The notes: generated by a model from the letters alone, not told the origin. DNA of 64,000 bases from Lysobacterales bacterium (GCA_038241735.1 JBBSST010000012.1:9098-73097); one strand, 5' to 3'. Counted from the first letter of the stretch, positions 36,217-50,190 are shown. Numbers and translations: made by a program.

Positions 36217-36259
36217 AGGCGGCACGCCAACCAGGCGCGCAGCAGCCAGGTTGGTTGTC

Positions 36260-37357
36260 TTGAACACGTTTAGCCAGCTTTTCCGTGTTACCACCTTCGG
36301 TGAGTCGCATGGGCCGGCGATCGGCTGCGTCATCGATGGTTGCCCGCCCGGCATCGACGTGGCTCCAGGCGATTTCAGCCATGATCTCGCTCGTCGCGCC
36401 ACCGGCAAAACGCGGCACACGTCGGCGCGCCACGAAACCGATGACGTCGAGATCCTCAGCGGCGTCCATCAAGGCAAGACCACCGGAACCCCGATCGCAC
36501 TGCTGGTGCGCAACACCGATGCGCGCAGCAAGGATTACGCGCGCATCAGCGAGCAGTTCCGGCCGGGCCATGCCGATTACACCTATTGGCACAAATATGG
36601 CATCCGCGATCCACGCGGCGGCGGTCGCTCGTCGGCGCGCGAAACCACGATGCGCGTGGCTGCGGCCGTGATTGCAAAAAAATGGCTGGCCCAACGCCAC
36701 GGCGTGCATGTGCGCGGCTATTTGTCGCAGATCGGCGATATCACGCCGCGCTCGCATGACTGGGACGCTGTCGAAACCAATCCGTTCTTCTGGCCCGATG
36801 CCATGCAGGTGGGTGAGCTTGAAGCCTGCATGGATGCACTGCGCAAATCCGGTGATTCGGTCGGCGCGCGGGTCACCGTGGTGGCCGATGGCGTGCCGCC
36901 CGGCTGGGGCGAGCCGGTGTACGGCAAGCTCGACGGCGATCTGGCCGCAGCGATGATGTCGATCAACGCAGTCAAGGGCGTGGAGATCGGCGACGGTTTC
37001 GCCAGCGTGGCGCAAAATGGCAGCGAGCATCGCGATGCGATGACGCGCGCGGGATTTGCGTCCAACCATGCCGGCGGCATCCTCGGCGGCATCAGCAGCG
37101 GCCAGCAGGTTGTGTGTTCGATCGCCTTCAAGCCCACCTCCAGCCTGCGCCTGCCGGTGCAGGGCGTGGACGTGCACGGCAACGAGGTGGAGATCATCAC
37201 CACCGGTCGCCACGACCCCTGCGTCGGTATCCGCGCAACGCCAATCTGCGAGGCGATGATGGCGCTGGTGCTGGTTGACCAGGCGCTGCGTCATCGCGCG
37301 CAATGCGGTGATGTCGGCGACGTGTCGCCGCGCATCCCGGGCGATGTCGGTGGCTGA
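36260..37357 (+). CDS. aroC: chorismate synthase
   Basis: [31 protein letters not shown]-terminus and [10 protein letters not shown] block. No ATG is available, so TTG 36260 is chosen to match the homologue N-terminus (TTG 36251 is an alternative). Confidence 0.88.
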   Translation: MNTFSQLFRVTTFGESHGPAIGCVIDGCPPGIDVAPGDFSHDLARRATGKTRHTSARHETDDVEILSGVHQGKTTGTPIALLVRNTDARSKDYARISEQFRPGHADYTYWHKYGIRDPRGGGRSSARETTMRVAAAVIAKKWLAQRHGVHVRGYLSQIGDITPRSHDWDAVETNPFFWPDAMQVGELEACMDALRKSGDSVGARVTVVADGVPPGWGEPVYGKLDGDLAAAMMSINAVKGVEIGDGFASVAQNGSEHRDAMTRAGFASNHAGGILGGISSGQQVVCSIAFKPTSSLRLPVQGVDVHGNEVEIITTGRHDPCVGIRATPICEAMMALVLVDQALRHRAQCGDVGDVSPRIPGDVGG

Positions 37358-38351
37358 TACCCGGCCCAAGGTGTGGGTGTCGCAGCCCTTGTTCGAGGAC
37401 ATCATCGCGCGGATGGATGCCTGCTTCGAGGTGGTTCGCACGCCGCACGACACCCAGTACACGCCCGCCATGATCGCGGCCGCGTTGCGCGATGTCGACG
37501 GCGCACTGGTGAACATCAACGAACCCATCGGCGCCGATGAGATTGCAGGCGCCGGCAAGTTGCGCGTGGTTGCCAACCTCGGCGTTGGCTACAACAACCT
37601 TGATATCGCCGCGCTTGCCAGCGCAGGCATCGTCGCCACCAATACGCCCGACGTGCTCACCGAGGCGACTGCCGACTTTGGTTTTGCATTGATCATGGCC
37701 GCTGCACGCCGGATCACTGAAGCCGAACGCTGGTTGCGCCACGGCCAATGGCAGCGCTGGGCGTTTGACATCATGCCCGGTGCCAGCCTGCATGGCAGCA
37801 CGCTTGGCATCCTGGGCATGGGCCGGATCGGCCAGGGCATCGCGCGCCGAGCGGCGGGCTTCGAGATGCGCGTGCTGTATCACAACCGCCATCGCCTGCC
37901 GCGAGACATCGAGCAACCGTTGCGCGCGGACCGTGTCGGGTTTGATGCGTTGCTGCAGCAGGCCGATCACCTGATGGTGGTGCTGCCGTACTCGACGCAG
38001 ACCCACCACATCATCGATGCCGCCGCGCTGGCGCGGATGAAGCCGACCGCAACCCTGGTCAACATCGCGCGCGGCGGGGTCGTCGACGAGTTGGCGCTTG
38101 CCGATGCGCTGGCCAACGGACGCCTGGCCGCAGCCGCGCTGGATGTGTTCGAAGGCGAACCGGCGGTGCGCCCGGAATTGCTGGCGCTGCGCAATATCGT
38201 GCTGACCCCGCATATCGCCAGCAGCACGCTGGCCACGCGCCGGGCGATGGTGTCGCTGGCCGTGGATAATCTGATCGCAGCGCTCGGTTTTGGCCCGGAT
38301 GCGGGCAGGCCGCCGAGCGTGATCGGCGCTGCAGTCAAGCCTGAGCCATAG
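37344..38351 (+). CDS. D-isomer-specific 2-hydroxyacid dehydrogenase (GhrB/TkrA-like glyoxylate/hydroxypyruvate reductase)
   Basis: [18 protein letters not shown]-binding motif, [10 protein letters not shown], and LTPHIASST with the catalytic His. ATG 37344 overlaps the aroC 3' end by 14 nt (GTG 37350 is an alternative). Confidence 0.85.
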   Translation: MSVADTRPKVWVSQPLFEDIIARMDACFEVVRTPHDTQYTPAMIAAALRDVDGALVNINEPIGADEIAGAGKLRVVANLGVGYNNLDIAALASAGIVATNTPDVLTEATADFGFALIMAAARRITEAERWLRHGQWQRWAFDIMPGASLHGSTLGILGMGRIGQGIARRAAGFEMRVLYHNRHRLPRDIEQPLRADRVGFDALLQQADHLMVVLPYSTQTHHIIDAAALARMKPTATLVNIARGGVVDELALADALANGRLAAAALDVFEGEPAVRPELLALRNIVLTPHIASSTLATRRAMVSLAVDNLIAALGFGPDAGRPPSVIGAAVKPEP

Positions 38352-38471
38352 GCATGGTTTCAGCGGCGGGTATTTGATCTTCGTGTTGGGGTGATGCCAG
38401 TCGCGGCAACCCTCGCTCGCGCAAACAGCACAACGCACCGAACGGTGTCCTTCCATTTCCAGGGAAAGCAA

Positions 38472-39488
38472 ATGAGCAGGCAATACAAGGTTGCGGTAGT
38501 GGGCGCCACCGGCGCGGTCGGCGAGGTGATGCTGTCGATCCTCGCGGAGCGCAAGGTCCCGGTCGGCGAGATCATCGCGCTGGCCAGCGAGCGCTCGGCC
38601 GGGGGCAAGGTCAAGTTCGGAAATCGCGACGTGGTCGTGCAGGATCTGGCCACCTTCGACCCCACTGGCGTCGACATCGCCCTGTTCTCCGCCGGCGGCT
38701 CGATCTCGAAACAATACGCGCCGAAATTCGCCGCGGCCGGCGCAGTGGTGATCGACAATTCGTCGGCATTCCGCTACGACGACGATGTCCCATTGGTGGT
38801 CAGCGAAGTAAACCCGGAGGCGGCGAAACAGCGCCCGCGCGGGATCATCGCCAATCCCAACTGCTCGACCATGCAGCTGCTGGTCGCGCTGGCGCCGATC
38901 CATCGCAAGGCCGGCATCGAGCGCCTCAACATCGCCACCTACCAGTCGGTGTCGGGTACCGGTCGCAAGGCGCTGGAGGAGTTGGGCCGGCAGACGGCGG
39001 GCCTGCTCAACTTCCAACCGGTCACCCCCGAGGTCTATCCGGTGCAGATCGCCTTCAACGTGATCCCGCATGGCGGTGATTTCACCGGCAACGGTTACAC
39101 CACCGAAGAGATGAAGCTGGTCTGGGAAACGCGCAAGATCCTGGCCGATGACTCGATCCGGGTGAATGCCACCGTGGTGCGGGTGCCGGTGTTTTATGGC
39201 CATGCCGAGGTGGTGAACATCGAAACGCGCGACAAGCTGTCGGCACGCGATGCGCGCACGCTGCTGGAAGCCGCGCCGGGCGTGGAGGTCGTCGATGAAC
39301 ATGCCGATGGCGGTTATCCGACGCCGGTCACCCATGCGTCGGGCAGCGATGCGGTGTATGTCGGTCGCATCCGTGACGATCTGTCGCACGAGCGCGGCCT
39401 GAACTTGTGGATTGTCTCGGACAACATCCGCAAGGGCGCGGCGCTGAACGCGGTGCAGATTGCGGAATTGCTGGTCGCGGGCGGATGA
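38472..39488 (+). CDS. asd: aspartate-semialdehyde dehydrogenase
   Basis: KVAVVGATGAVGE, the ANPNCSTMQL active-site Cys, and SVSGTGRKA. ATG 38472. Confidence 0.93.
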   Translation: MSRQYKVAVVGATGAVGEVMLSILAERKVPVGEIIALASERSAGGKVKFGNRDVVVQDLATFDPTGVDIALFSAGGSISKQYAPKFAAAGAVVIDNSSAFRYDDDVPLVVSEVNPEAAKQRPRGIIANPNCSTMQLLVALAPIHRKAGIERLNIATYQSVSGTGRKALEELGRQTAGLLNFQPVTPEVYPVQIAFNVIPHGGDFTGNGYTTEEMKLVWETRKILADDSIRVNATVVRVPVFYGHAEVVNIETRDKLSARDARTLLEAAPGVEVVDEHADGGYPTPVTHASGSDAVYVGRIRDDLSHERGLNLWIVSDNIRKGAALNAVQIAELLVAGG

Positions 39489-39528
39489 ATCGTTGCGGAT
39501 CACCGGCCAGCACCGCTAGAGTCGGGGC

Positions 39529-41409
39529 ATGAGACAGGGGATCGGCGTGGCCGGAAGATTGCGAAAAGCGTGGCTGCTGGTGCTGGTGGCGGCATTGGTG
39601 CTGCTGTCGGGGCCCGCGTTCGCGCTTGGTCTTGGCAAGATCGAGGTGCGCTCGCAGCGCGGCGAGCCGTTGCTGGCCGAAATCGCGATCATCTCAAGCG
39701 ATCCGGCCGAGCTTGAAAACCTGCAGGCGCGACTGGCATCGCCCGACACGTTCACCCGGATCGGGCTGGAACCGCCAAACGGCATCCTGACCGACCTGCA
39801 ATTCAGCGTGGCGCTGGATCCGCAGGGTCGCCCGGTAATCCGGGTCACCAGCCACCAGCCGGTCGAGCAGGCCACGCTGACCTTCCTGCTTGAGGTCGAT
39901 TGGGGGCAGGGCCGGCTGGTTCGCGAGTATTCAGTGCTGGTCGACGCGCCGCGTACCGTCTCGGCACCCGCGCAACCGCCGATCCAGGCAGCCACGGTGG
40001 CGCCATCCAACGCCATCGTGCGTGAACCCACGGCGGCGCCTTCGACGCCACCGGCCGAAACAAGGCCGGAACAGACAAGCCCCGCCAAAACGACCGCCGC
40101 GTCCATCGCCAATCCGCCGGGTGAAGCCAAGCCTGCGGACAACGCCATCCCCACGCCGCCGGCCGCCGTGTCGCAACAACAGCCCGCCGCGCAACCGGTG
40201 GTGGCGCAAGAAATTGCGGCCACGCCCGGCGAGTACGGCCCGGTCAAGATCGGCGACACGCTGGGACGGATCGTCGGTGAGCTGGCGATCGAAGGCGCGT
40301 CGCGCGAACAGACCATGTTGGCGCTGTTGGCCGCCAATCCCGAAGCCTTCATCGGCGGCAACGTCAACCTGATCAAGCGTGGCGCGGTGCTGCGCGTGCC
40401 CGTTTCGGCGGAACTGTCGCAATACAGCGCCGCGCAAGCGCGCGCAATCGTGCAACAGCAGGTCGGGCAGTGGCGCGAAATGCGCAAACCCGCCGTGCAG
40501 CCGACGGCGCTCGCCGGCGCGGATGGCGCGGCTGCCGACACTCGAAACGCGGCGGCCGGCAAGGCCACCAGCACAACCACGAAGACATCGGCTGCCGCCG
40601 ACGCGCGGCTTGAAATCGTGCCGCCATCGGCGAACAGCGGCCGGCAGGCGGGAACACGATCGGGCATCCAGTCCGGCGGCGAGGGCGACATGCTGCAACT
40701 GCAACAGACACAGGAAACCCTGGCCGCGCGTGATGCAGAAGTCCAGGAGTTGAAGACGCGCCTGGCCGACCTCGAAAAACTGCAGCACGACCAGCAGCAG
40801 CTGATCGCGCTCAAGGACAGCAAACTGGCGGAGGCGCAGCAGGCATTGGCCGCTTCGAACCAGCAGCAGGCCGTGACGACGACCGCGCAGGCCGGGCCTG
40901 TCGAGACGCCGCCGACCCCCCAGTTCCTGCTGTGGCCATGGTTGATCGCCGCGCTGGTGGCGGTGTTATTGCTGGCCTGGTGGTTCATGCGGCGCAAACC
41001 GGCCAAGGCCGTGCGCCCGGTTTTCGACACGTCCAGGCTGGCGGCGAGCATGCCGGGGTCGGCAAATCCCGAGACATTCACAGCAGCCGATGTCGCGGAT
41101 GTTGATGGCGACAGCGGGATCGATGCGGATGCCGATGCCGGTGTCCATGCTGCGCCCGTGACCCTGCAACCCGGCATGGCGCCCGGCGGCACGCCCACCT
41201 GGCACGCGGGTGCATTCAGCGCGCCTGCCACCGATGCCATCGCTTCGCCTGACCCGGCCCCGGCCGGGCACGAGCGGCTCGAACTCGCCCGTGCCTACGT
41301 CGACCTGGGCGATGTCGAAACTGCGCGCACACTCCTGCAGGAAGTCGTCGATGGCGGCGACGCGGCCGCTCGTGGCGAGGCCGCCCGGTTGCTGCGCGAG
41401 CTGAGCTGA
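39529..41409 (+). CDS. fimV: FimV-family peptidoglycan-binding (LysM) pilus assembly/polar landmark protein
   Basis: Signal/TM segment, the FimV N-terminal block [23 protein letters not shown], a LysM-like [14 protein letters not shown], a central coiled coil, a TM segment ([18 protein letters not shown]) and the C-terminal motif [23 protein letters not shown]. Confidence 0.88.
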   Translation: MRQGIGVAGRLRKAWLLVLVAALVLLSGPAFALGLGKIEVRSQRGEPLLAEIAIISSDPAELENLQARLASPDTFTRIGLEPPNGILTDLQFSVALDPQGRPVIRVTSHQPVEQATLTFLLEVDWGQGRLVREYSVLVDAPRTVSAPAQPPIQAATVAPSNAIVREPTAAPSTPPAETRPEQTSPAKTTAASIANPPGEAKPADNAIPTPPAAVSQQQPAAQPVVAQEIAATPGEYGPVKIGDTLGRIVGELAIEGASREQTMLALLAANPEAFIGGNVNLIKRGAVLRVPVSAELSQYSAAQARAIVQQQVGQWREMRKPAVQPTALAGADGAAADTRNAAAGKATSTTTKTSAAADARLEIVPPSANSGRQAGTRSGIQSGGEGDMLQLQQTQETLAARDAEVQELKTRLADLEKLQHDQQQLIALKDSKLAEAQQALAASNQQQAVTTTAQAGPVETPPTPQFLLWPWLIAALVAVLLLAWWFMRRKPAKAVRPVFDTSRLAASMPGSANPETFTAADVADVDGDSGIDADADAGVHAAPVTLQPGMAPGGTPTWHAGAFSAPATDAIASPDPAPAGHERLELARAYVDLGDVETARTLLQEVVDGGDAAARGEAARLLRELS

Positions 41410-41414
41410 CCCAC

Positions 41415-42212
41415 ATGCGTCACGCGCTCGGCGTCGAATACGACGGCAGCGGATTCCACGGTTGGCAGCGCCTGGGCAAGCCGGGTACCGCCAGCGCGGA
41501 CACCGTGCAGCAGGCGTTGGAAACAGCGCTGTCATCGGTCGCCGCCACGGCCATCGGCACCATCTGCGCCGGCCGTACCGATGCCGGCGTGCATGCGCAA
41601 TGCCAGGTGGTGCATTTCGACAGCGAGGTGCATCGCGACCCGCACAACTGGACCCTGGGCACCACCGCGTGCCTGCCGCCAGCAGTCTGCGTGCGCTGGT
41701 GCGTGCCCGTGGCCGATGATTTCAGCGCGCGGTTTTCCGCGCGCGCGCGCCGCTATCGTTATCGCTTGCTCAACCACCCGGTGCGGCCTGCGCTTGGCCG
41801 CCATTACCTGTCGTGGGTCCGGCGCCCGCTGGATGCCGATGCCATGCACCGCGCCGCGCAGGTGTTGCTGGGCGAACATGATTTTTCCGCGTTCCGCACC
41901 GTGCATTGCCAGGCGCCGCATGCGCGTCGCGACCTGCAGCGGATCGTGGTGGCGCGCGAGGGCAATGAGGTGTGCATCGAGGTACAGGCCAACGCCTTCC
42001 TGCATCACATGGTGCGCAATATCGTCGGCTCGCTGCTGGACGTGGGTGCCGGCGATCGGCCCGAAGACTGGATCGCCGACATACTCGCCGGCCGTGATCG
42101 CACGCTCGCCGGGCCCACCGCACCTGCCGCGGGACTGGTGTTCGTGGGGCCGTTGTATCCGCGCGAATGCGGGTTGCCCGACGAGGTGACGTTGAAACCC
42201 ATCGCGGCTTAG
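41415..42212 (+). CDS. truA: tRNA pseudouridine(38-40) synthase
   Basis: [10 protein letters not shown], the GRTDAGVHA catalytic Asp motif, and [11 protein letters not shown]. Confidence 0.93.
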   Translation: MRHALGVEYDGSGFHGWQRLGKPGTASADTVQQALETALSSVAATAIGTICAGRTDAGVHAQCQVVHFDSEVHRDPHNWTLGTTACLPPAVCVRWCVPVADDFSARFSARARRYRYRLLNHPVRPALGRHYLSWVRRPLDADAMHRAAQVLLGEHDFSAFRTVHCQAPHARRDLQRIVVAREGNEVCIEVQANAFLHHMVRNIVGSLLDVGAGDRPEDWIADILAGRDRTLAGPTAPAAGLVFVGPLYPRECGLPDEVTLKPIAA

Positions 42213-42287
42213 CAAGCAGGCGCAGCGGGCGAGCACAGGCAAGCGCAGCGGGCAAGCACAACGGTCGGGCGCGACGGTCGGGCGCAA
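42212..42287. repeat. two adjacent short tandem repeats in the truA-trpF spacer
   Basis: GCAAGC(AGGC)GCAGCGGGC(G/A)AGCACA occurs twice (42212-42237 and 42239-42260). CGGTCGGGCGC(G/A)A occurs twice (42262-42274 and 42275-42287). Confidence 0.85.
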
Positions 42288-42384
42288 CGACACGTATTCA
42301 TCGCCATCGCCTCCATGCGCCTGCCGGGATGACGGGCAAACCAGTTACGCTATCGATGATGCCATCCCACTCCAGCCACCCGAC

Positions 42385-43089
42385 ATGAGCCGCACCCTCT
42401 ACCGCACCCGCATCAAGTTCTGTGGCATGACCCGCGCAGGTGACGTGCGTTTGGCCAGCGAGCTGGGTGTCGATGCGATCGGTTTCATCTTCGCTGGCGA
42501 CAGCCCGCGTCGTGTGCATGCAGAGCAAGCACGCGTCCTGCGTAATGCGCTTGCACCACTGGTTGATGCGGTTGCGGTGTTCCGCGACAACACGGCCAAG
42601 GATGTGCGCGAGGTGGTCAAACAGGTGCGGCCGAGTTTGCTGCAGTTCCACGGCGATGAAACCGACGCGTTTTGCCGCGGGTTTGGCGTGCCCTACGTCA
42701 AGGCCATCGCGATGGGCAATCCGCTGGTCGACGATGCCGTGGCCCTGCAAGTGCGCTATCCGGCCGCAGCGGCGTTCCTGTTCGACAGCCATGGCGATAC
42801 CTCCAGTGGCGGCAGTGGCCGCAGCTTCGACTGGTCGCGAATTCCAGCCGGGCTGGTCAAGCCGATCATCGTTGCCGGCGGCATCGGCCCGCACAATGTC
42901 TTCGATGCGATCACCCGCACCGTGCCCTGGGGCGTCGATGCCTCCAGTGGCATCGAGTCGGCGCCGGGCCTCAAGGATGGCGATCGCATGCACGCCTTTG
43001 TCGAGGAGGTGCGACGTGCCGACTGCCATGTCGAACCCGATTCGGTTGCCGGCACGGCGCCCGGCCAGCAGGACAGTTCGTGCCAGTGA
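42385..43089 (+). CDS. trpF: phosphoribosylanthranilate isomerase
   Basis: [29 protein letters not shown] and VAGGI blocks. It has a slightly extended C-terminus. Confidence 0.9.
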   Translation: MSRTLYRTRIKFCGMTRAGDVRLASELGVDAIGFIFAGDSPRRVHAEQARVLRNALAPLVDAVAVFRDNTAKDVREVVKQVRPSLLQFHGDETDAFCRGFGVPYVKAIAMGNPLVDDAVALQVRYPAAAAFLFDSHGDTSSGGSGRSFDWSRIPAGLVKPIIVAGGIGPHNVFDAITRTVPWGVDASSGIESAPGLKDGDRMHAFVEEVRRADCHVEPDSVAGTAPGQQDSSCQ

Positions 43090-43159
43090 CCTGACCGATT
43101 CGACGTGACCGATTTGCCATGCCCCATCCCGCCATGACCAACCCATCACCAACCTAGCC

Positions 43160-44433
<1,274 letters not shown>

Positions 44434-44437
<4 letters not shown>

Positions 44438-45243
44438 ACCGCATCGACGCCCGGTTTGCCCAGCTCAGATCCATCGGTCGAAAAGCGTTGGTGCCCTTCA
44501 TCACGGCCGGCGATCCCTTGCTCGAAGCAATGGTGCCGGTCATGCATGCGCTGGTCGATGCCGGCGCCGACCTGATCGAACTGGGCGTGCCGTTTTCCGA
44601 CCCGATGGCCGACGGCCCGACCATCCAGCGCAGCTCCGAGCGCGCCTTGGCGCGAGGCGCGAGCCTGTCGTACGTGTTCGACAGCGTGCGCATGTTCCGC
44701 ACCCGCGACAGCGACACCCCGGTGGTGCTGATGGGATATCTCAATCCGGTCGAGATCCGCGGCGCGTCGGTGTTTGCCACGCAGGCGGCGGACGCGGGGG
44801 TTGACGGCGTGCTGCTGGTCGACCTGCCACCAGAGGAATCGGCCGGGTTCCGCGAGGCATTCGCCGCCCACGGCATTGCATTGATCCTGCTGATGTCGCC
44901 CACCACCAGCGATGCGCGCCTGCTGTCGCTGTGCAAGCAGGCACAGGGCTACCTGTACTACGTCAACATCGCCGGCGTCACTGGCGCCTCCGAGCGCCTG
45001 GATACCGGCGTCGCTTCCGGGCGGCTGCGCACGATCCGCGCCATGAGTACGGTGCCGGTGGTGGCCGGCTTTGGCATCAAGGACGCCGTTAGTGCCGCTG
45101 CCATGGCGCGCGACGCCGATGGCGTGGTGGTGGGCAGTGCCCTGGTCGAGGCCATGGCCGATGCCGGGTCGATCGAGGTGGCGGTGGCGCGTGCGAGCAC
45201 ATTCCTGGCGCCGTTGCGCGCGGCGCTGGACCGCGACGGCTGA
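44434..45243 (+). CDS. trpA: tryptophan synthase alpha chain
   Basis: [28 protein letters not shown] and GFGI blocks. ATGA overlap with the trpB stop. Confidence 0.93.
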
Positions 45244-45325
45244 ATTGGCCACGTGCGCTAAACTCCCCGGTCTGGCGTGGCACGCCTGTTTGGCTGCCGC
45301 ATCGACAAGAGGCTGACCTGATCGC

Positions 45326-46216
<891 letters not shown>

Positions 46217-46400
46217 CAGAGAAGCCAACCCTGGAGCGCGGAGTTTCGAGTCCGGGGATTGGAGGCGAGCAGCCGACCGGATTTCATGGTGATCGTGCGA
46301 GCCGGTTCTCTCCGCAACCCAGCCGGCAACCCAAGCCCGCGACCCTAGCCCTCAATCCCAGCCCTCAATCCCAGATTCAAGCGACCGAGCCGATGACGCC

Positions 46401-47756
46401 ATGACCCGCAAATATTTTGGCACCGACGGCATCCGTGGGCGCGTCGGTGAAGGCGTGATTTCGGCGGATTTCGTCCTGCGGCTGGGCAATGCCTATGGCC
46501 ATGCCCTGTGCGCGGCGACCAGGACCGACGGTGACTGGCGCAAGCCGCAGGTGATCATCGGAAAAGACACGCGCATCTCCAACTACATGTTCGAGGCTGC
46601 GTTGGAGGCTGGCCTGGTCGCTGCCGGCGTCGACGTGCAGCTGATGGGGCCGATGCCGACACCGGCCGTCGCCCACATGACGCGTTCGTTGGGCGCCGAT
46701 GGCGGCATCGTCATTTCCGCCTCGCACAACCCGCATTACGACAATGGCATCAAGTTTTTCTCGGCGCGGGGCGAGAAGCTCGACGATGCCACCGAGCAGG
46801 CGATCGAAGCCGCGCTGGAAACCCCGTTCCACACGGTTTCCTCCGAACTGCTCGGCAAGGCCATCCGCACGCGCGATGCCGTTGGCCGCTACGTCGAGGC
46901 CTGCAAGAGTTCGGTGTCACGCCATTTCGACCTGGGTGGCATGTGCATCGTGGTGGATTGCGCACATGGCGCGACCTACCAGATCGGTCCGATGGTGTTG
47001 CGCGAACTCGGTGCACAGGTCGATGCGATCGGCGTGGATCCCAATGGGACCAATATCAATGACGGCGTGGGTTCGATGTATCCGCAGGGACTGGCCGATC
47101 GCGTGCTGGAGATCGGCGCGGAGCTCGGCATCGCCTTTGATGGCGACGGTGATCGCGTGATGTTCGTCGACGGCAACGGCGTGACGCGCGATGGCGATGA
47201 CCTGTTGTTTGTGTTGGCCAACGACTGGAAAGCCAGCGGTCGCCTGCACGGGCCGGTGGTCGGCACGCTGATGACCAACTACGGTTTCGAACGCGCGATG
47301 GAGCAATCGGGCATCGCCTTCATCCGCTCCAAGGTCGGCGACCGCTACGTGCACAAGGCATTGCTGGAACACGGCGGCATGCTGGGTGGCGAGGCGTCGG
47401 GTCACCTGTTGTGCCTGGATCGCACCACCACCGGCGATGGCATCGTCAGCGCCCTGCAGGTGCTGGAGGTATTGCGTCGCCGCGGCATCAGCTTGCACGA
47501 AGCACTGCGCGGGCTTGAGAAAGTCCCGCAGAAGACCGTCAACGTCCGCTATGGCAGTGGCGCGAAGCCCGCAGAGGCCGAAAGCGTGCAGCGGGCGCTG
47601 GCCGAGGCGCAGTCCAGCGTGCAGGGCAGGGGTCGGGCCTTCCTGCGCCCGTCGGGCACCGAGCCCGTGGTGCGGGTGACGGTCGAGGCCGATGACGCCG
47701 CGCTGATGCAATCCACCCTGGAGCGGCTGGCCGATGCGGTACGCGCGGCGGCGTGA
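46401..47756 (+). CDS. glmM: phosphoglucosamine mutase
   Basis: [25 protein letters not shown] (the phosphoserine loop), DGDGDR and GGEASGH. Confidence 0.94.
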   Translation: MTRKYFGTDGIRGRVGEGVISADFVLRLGNAYGHALCAATRTDGDWRKPQVIIGKDTRISNYMFEAALEAGLVAAGVDVQLMGPMPTPAVAHMTRSLGADGGIVISASHNPHYDNGIKFFSARGEKLDDATEQAIEAALETPFHTVSSELLGKAIRTRDAVGRYVEACKSSVSRHFDLGGMCIVVDCAHGATYQIGPMVLRELGAQVDAIGVDPNGTNINDGVGSMYPQGLADRVLEIGAELGIAFDGDGDRVMFVDGNGVTRDGDDLLFVLANDWKASGRLHGPVVGTLMTNYGFERAMEQSGIAFIRSKVGDRYVHKALLEHGGMLGGEASGHLLCLDRTTTGDGIVSALQVLEVLRRRGISLHEALRGLEKVPQKTVNVRYGSGAKPAEAESVQRALAEAQSSVQGRGRAFLRPSGTEPVVRVTVEADDAALMQSTLERLADAVRAAA

Positions 47757-47956
47757 GCGACAGGATCAAAGCACGGGCAGGCCTGGTTGTGTGGGGAGCG
47801 CCGATGGCATGGCCGCAGCTGATCCACCGCACGATGCAGGCAAAAATAACTTCGTGCCTGCAGTAATCTACCCACGGCGTGAGTGCTTCCGCCTCCACCA
47901 GGCGCATCGCGCCCTCTTCTCCCGCCGGGAGGAGTCACCCGCACCAGGTTGATCGC

Positions 47957-48910
47957 ATGGCTTCCCGAATCCCCACCCTCGATATCCGTCGTTTCACGAC
48001 CCCCACCAGCGCCAGCGATCGCCAGGCCTTCGTCGATGAGCTCGGCGCGGCGTATCGCGAATGGGGATTTGCCGGCATCCGCAACCACGGCCTGCCACGT
48101 ACGCTGATCGATGATGCCTACGGTGTCTTCAAGGCGTTTTTCGCCCTGCCGGACAGCACCAAGCAGCGTTACCACGTCGCTGGCGGCGGCGGCGCGCGCG
48201 GCTACACGCCGTTTGGCGTGGAGACCGCGAAAGGCGCCCAGCATTTCGACCTCAAGGAGTTCTGGCATATCGGTCGCGAGACTCCAGAAGGCTCGAAATA
48301 CCACGACGTGATGCCGCCCAACCAGTGGCCTGGCGAAGTCGAGGGATTCCGTGAAAAAGGCTATGCGCTGTACGCTGCGCTGGATGCCCTGGGCACGCAG
48401 GTGCTGGCGGCGTTGGCGCTGCATATCGGCCTGGCCGAAGATTATTTCGCCGACAAGACCAATTTTGGCAACTCGATCCTGCGGCCCATCCACTACCCGC
48501 CGATCACCAGCGACAATGTTCCCAACGCGCGCGCCGGCGCGCACGAGGACATCAACCTGATTACCCTGCTGGTCGGCGCCAGCGCCGCCGGGCTGGAAGT
48601 GAAATCCAGGCAGGGCGAGTGGGTGCCGTTCACGTCGGACGCCGACACCATCGTCGTCAACATCGGCGACATGCTGCAACGCCTGACCAACCATGTGTAT
48701 CCGTCCACCACGCACCGCGTGGTCAATCCGCCCGGCGAACAGGCGCGCCAGCCGCGTTATTCGGTGCCGTTCTTCCTGCATCCCAACCCGGATTTCCTGA
48801 TCGACGTATTGCCTTCGTGCATAGGTCCAGGCAACCCCAGCCGGTATCCCGAGGCGATCACGGCGCAGGCCTACCTTGACGAGCGTTTGCGCGAGATCAA
48901 GCTGAAGTAA
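47957..48910 (+). CDS. 2-oxoglutarate/Fe(II)-dependent oxygenase (isopenicillin N synthase-like family)
   Basis: ATG 47957. Facial triad context: GAHEDINLITLL ... STTHRV, and RYSVPFFLHPN. Confidence 0.88.
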   Translation: MASRIPTLDIRRFTTPTSASDRQAFVDELGAAYREWGFAGIRNHGLPRTLIDDAYGVFKAFFALPDSTKQRYHVAGGGGARGYTPFGVETAKGAQHFDLKEFWHIGRETPEGSKYHDVMPPNQWPGEVEGFREKGYALYAALDALGTQVLAALALHIGLAEDYFADKTNFGNSILRPIHYPPITSDNVPNARAGAHEDINLITLLVGASAAGLEVKSRQGEWVPFTSDADTIVVNIGDMLQRLTNHVYPSTTHRVVNPPGEQARQPRYSVPFFLHPNPDFLIDVLPSCIGPGNPSRYPEAITAQAYLDERLREIKLK

Positions 48911-48957
48911 ACGTCCGGCGTTACGACAAGCGCTGCGTGCATCGCGCGCTTTGACCC

Positions 48958-49060
48958 GACTGTTTCGACCTGACTGTTTCAACCCGCCTGCTTCGACCCC
49001 ACGGTTTTTAAGCCAAGGGTTTCAATCCATGGACTTGAATCCATGCGCTCCAACCCATGC
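48958..49060. repeat. degenerate short direct repeats in the long spacer upstream of tpiA
   Basis: GACTGTTTCGACC, GACTGTTTCAACC and CCTGCTTCGACC occur at about 14-nt spacing (48958-48998). They are followed by TTCAATCCATGG, TTGAATCCATGC and CAACCCATGC (49021-49060). Confidence 0.5.
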
Positions 49061-49387
49061 ATCGGGGCTGGCCCGGTTTGCAAGCGCGGCGAGCGCAAGG
49101 CCTCGTTCCGGTTTGACACGCAGACAGTCGGGGCCGGAGAAGCTGGCGGCCGAGTTTAATGAAGCCAACTCTTGGCGGCTTGCGCATTCGAGGCCATCGC
49201 TTTTCCCTGCATCACATTGGCGCCAGCCGATTGTTTCCCTGTTGGCCTTGGTGGGCCATAGGGAACCTGGCAGTCAATCACTGGCGGTCCGCATTGCCCT
49301 GGTTGCGGCAAGACAGGGCGACCGCTACCGCTCCAATGATTTGGGGGCATCCGCTATCCTGTCGACCTGTCAAACAGGAGTGACCCG

Positions 49388-50140
49388 ATGCGTCGCAGGA
49401 TCGTAGCCGGAAATTGGAAACTCAATGGCACCCGCGCGTTCGCCAGCCAATTGCTCGCCGCCGTTGCCGCCGGCCTGCCGGTTGCGGGCGTGGAAGCAAT
49501 CGTGCTGCCACCGCTGCCATACCTGGGCGATCTGATCGGCGATTTCGCCGGTCGTCACATCGCCTTTGGCGCCCAGGACGTCAGCAGCAACGAGAAAGGG
49601 GCGTACACCGGCGAGGTATCGGCGGCGATGCTGGTTGATGTCGGTGCGAAATACGGGCTGGTCGGCCATTCCGAGCGCCGCCAGTACCACCAGGAGAGCA
49701 GCGAGTTGGTCGCGCGCAAGTTCCTCGCCGCCAAGCACGCCGGACTGGTGCCAATCCTGTGTGTGGGCGAGACCCAACAACAGCGCGCGGCCGGGCAGAC
49801 CGAATACACCATCGCCAGCCAGCTCGCGCCGATCTTCGAGCTGGCCGGTGCACAGGCGTTGGACGGCGCCATCGTGGCCTACGAGCCGGTCTGGGCGATC
49901 GGGACCGGGCTGACGGCTACCCCGGAGCAGGCGCAGGCCGTGCACGCGTTCATCCGTGGCGAGGCCGCATCACGCGATGCTACAATCGCCGGCTTGCTAC
50001 CGCTGCTGTACGGCGGTAGCGCCAAGCCCGACAATGCCGCCGCGCTGTTCTCCCAGCCCGATGTCGATGGCGGGCTGATCGGCGGGGCTTCACTGGTCGC
50101 CGCTGATTTCCTGGCCATCGTCACGGCGGCGGCTCCCTAG
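49388..50140 (+). CDS. tpiA: triosephosphate isomerase
   Basis: VAGNWKLNG, GHSERR, AYEPVWAIGTG. SD AGGAG 8 nt upstream. Confidence 0.94.
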   Translation: MRRRIVAGNWKLNGTRAFASQLLAAVAAGLPVAGVEAIVLPPLPYLGDLIGDFAGRHIAFGAQDVSSNEKGAYTGEVSAAMLVDVGAKYGLVGHSERRQYHQESSELVARKFLAAKHAGLVPILCVGETQQQRAAGQTEYTIASQLAPIFELAGAQALDGAIVAYEPVWAIGTGLTATPEQAQAVHAFIRGEAASRDATIAGLLPLLYGGSAKPDNAAALFSQPDVDGGLIGGASLVAADFLAIVTAAAP

Positions 50141-50190
50141 ATACCAAGCGGTTCGCCGGCACGGGAATCCAACCTCACAGAGTCCAAACG

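Noticed and set aside
37197-39503. 768-aa minus-strand ORF spanning the 2-hydroxyacid dehydrogenase and asd genes
   Set aside because: It crosses two unrelated, well-supported plus-strand genes and their spacer. It has no motifs and a shadow-ORF composition.
39516-41240. 574-aa minus-strand ORF antisense to fimV
   Set aside because: It is Ala/Ser/Cys/Thr-rich low complexity mirroring the fimV repeats. The fimV frame has N- and C-terminal family motifs and TM segments.
47734-47952. 72-aa ORF starting inside the glmM 3' end and stopping 5 nt before the oxygenase ATG
   Set aside because: It looked like a third bridging ORF. But it starts 23 nt inside glmM without a stop/start overlap, and it ends without overlapping the next ATG. 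Chance openness in GC-rich DNA is the simpler explanation.
48951-49406. 151-aa plus-strand ORF filling the oxygenase-tpiA spacer
   Set aside because: It has no GC3 bias, no motif and no SD, and it runs into the tpiA start in another frame. I treat it as non-coding; the spacer itself is reported as a finding.
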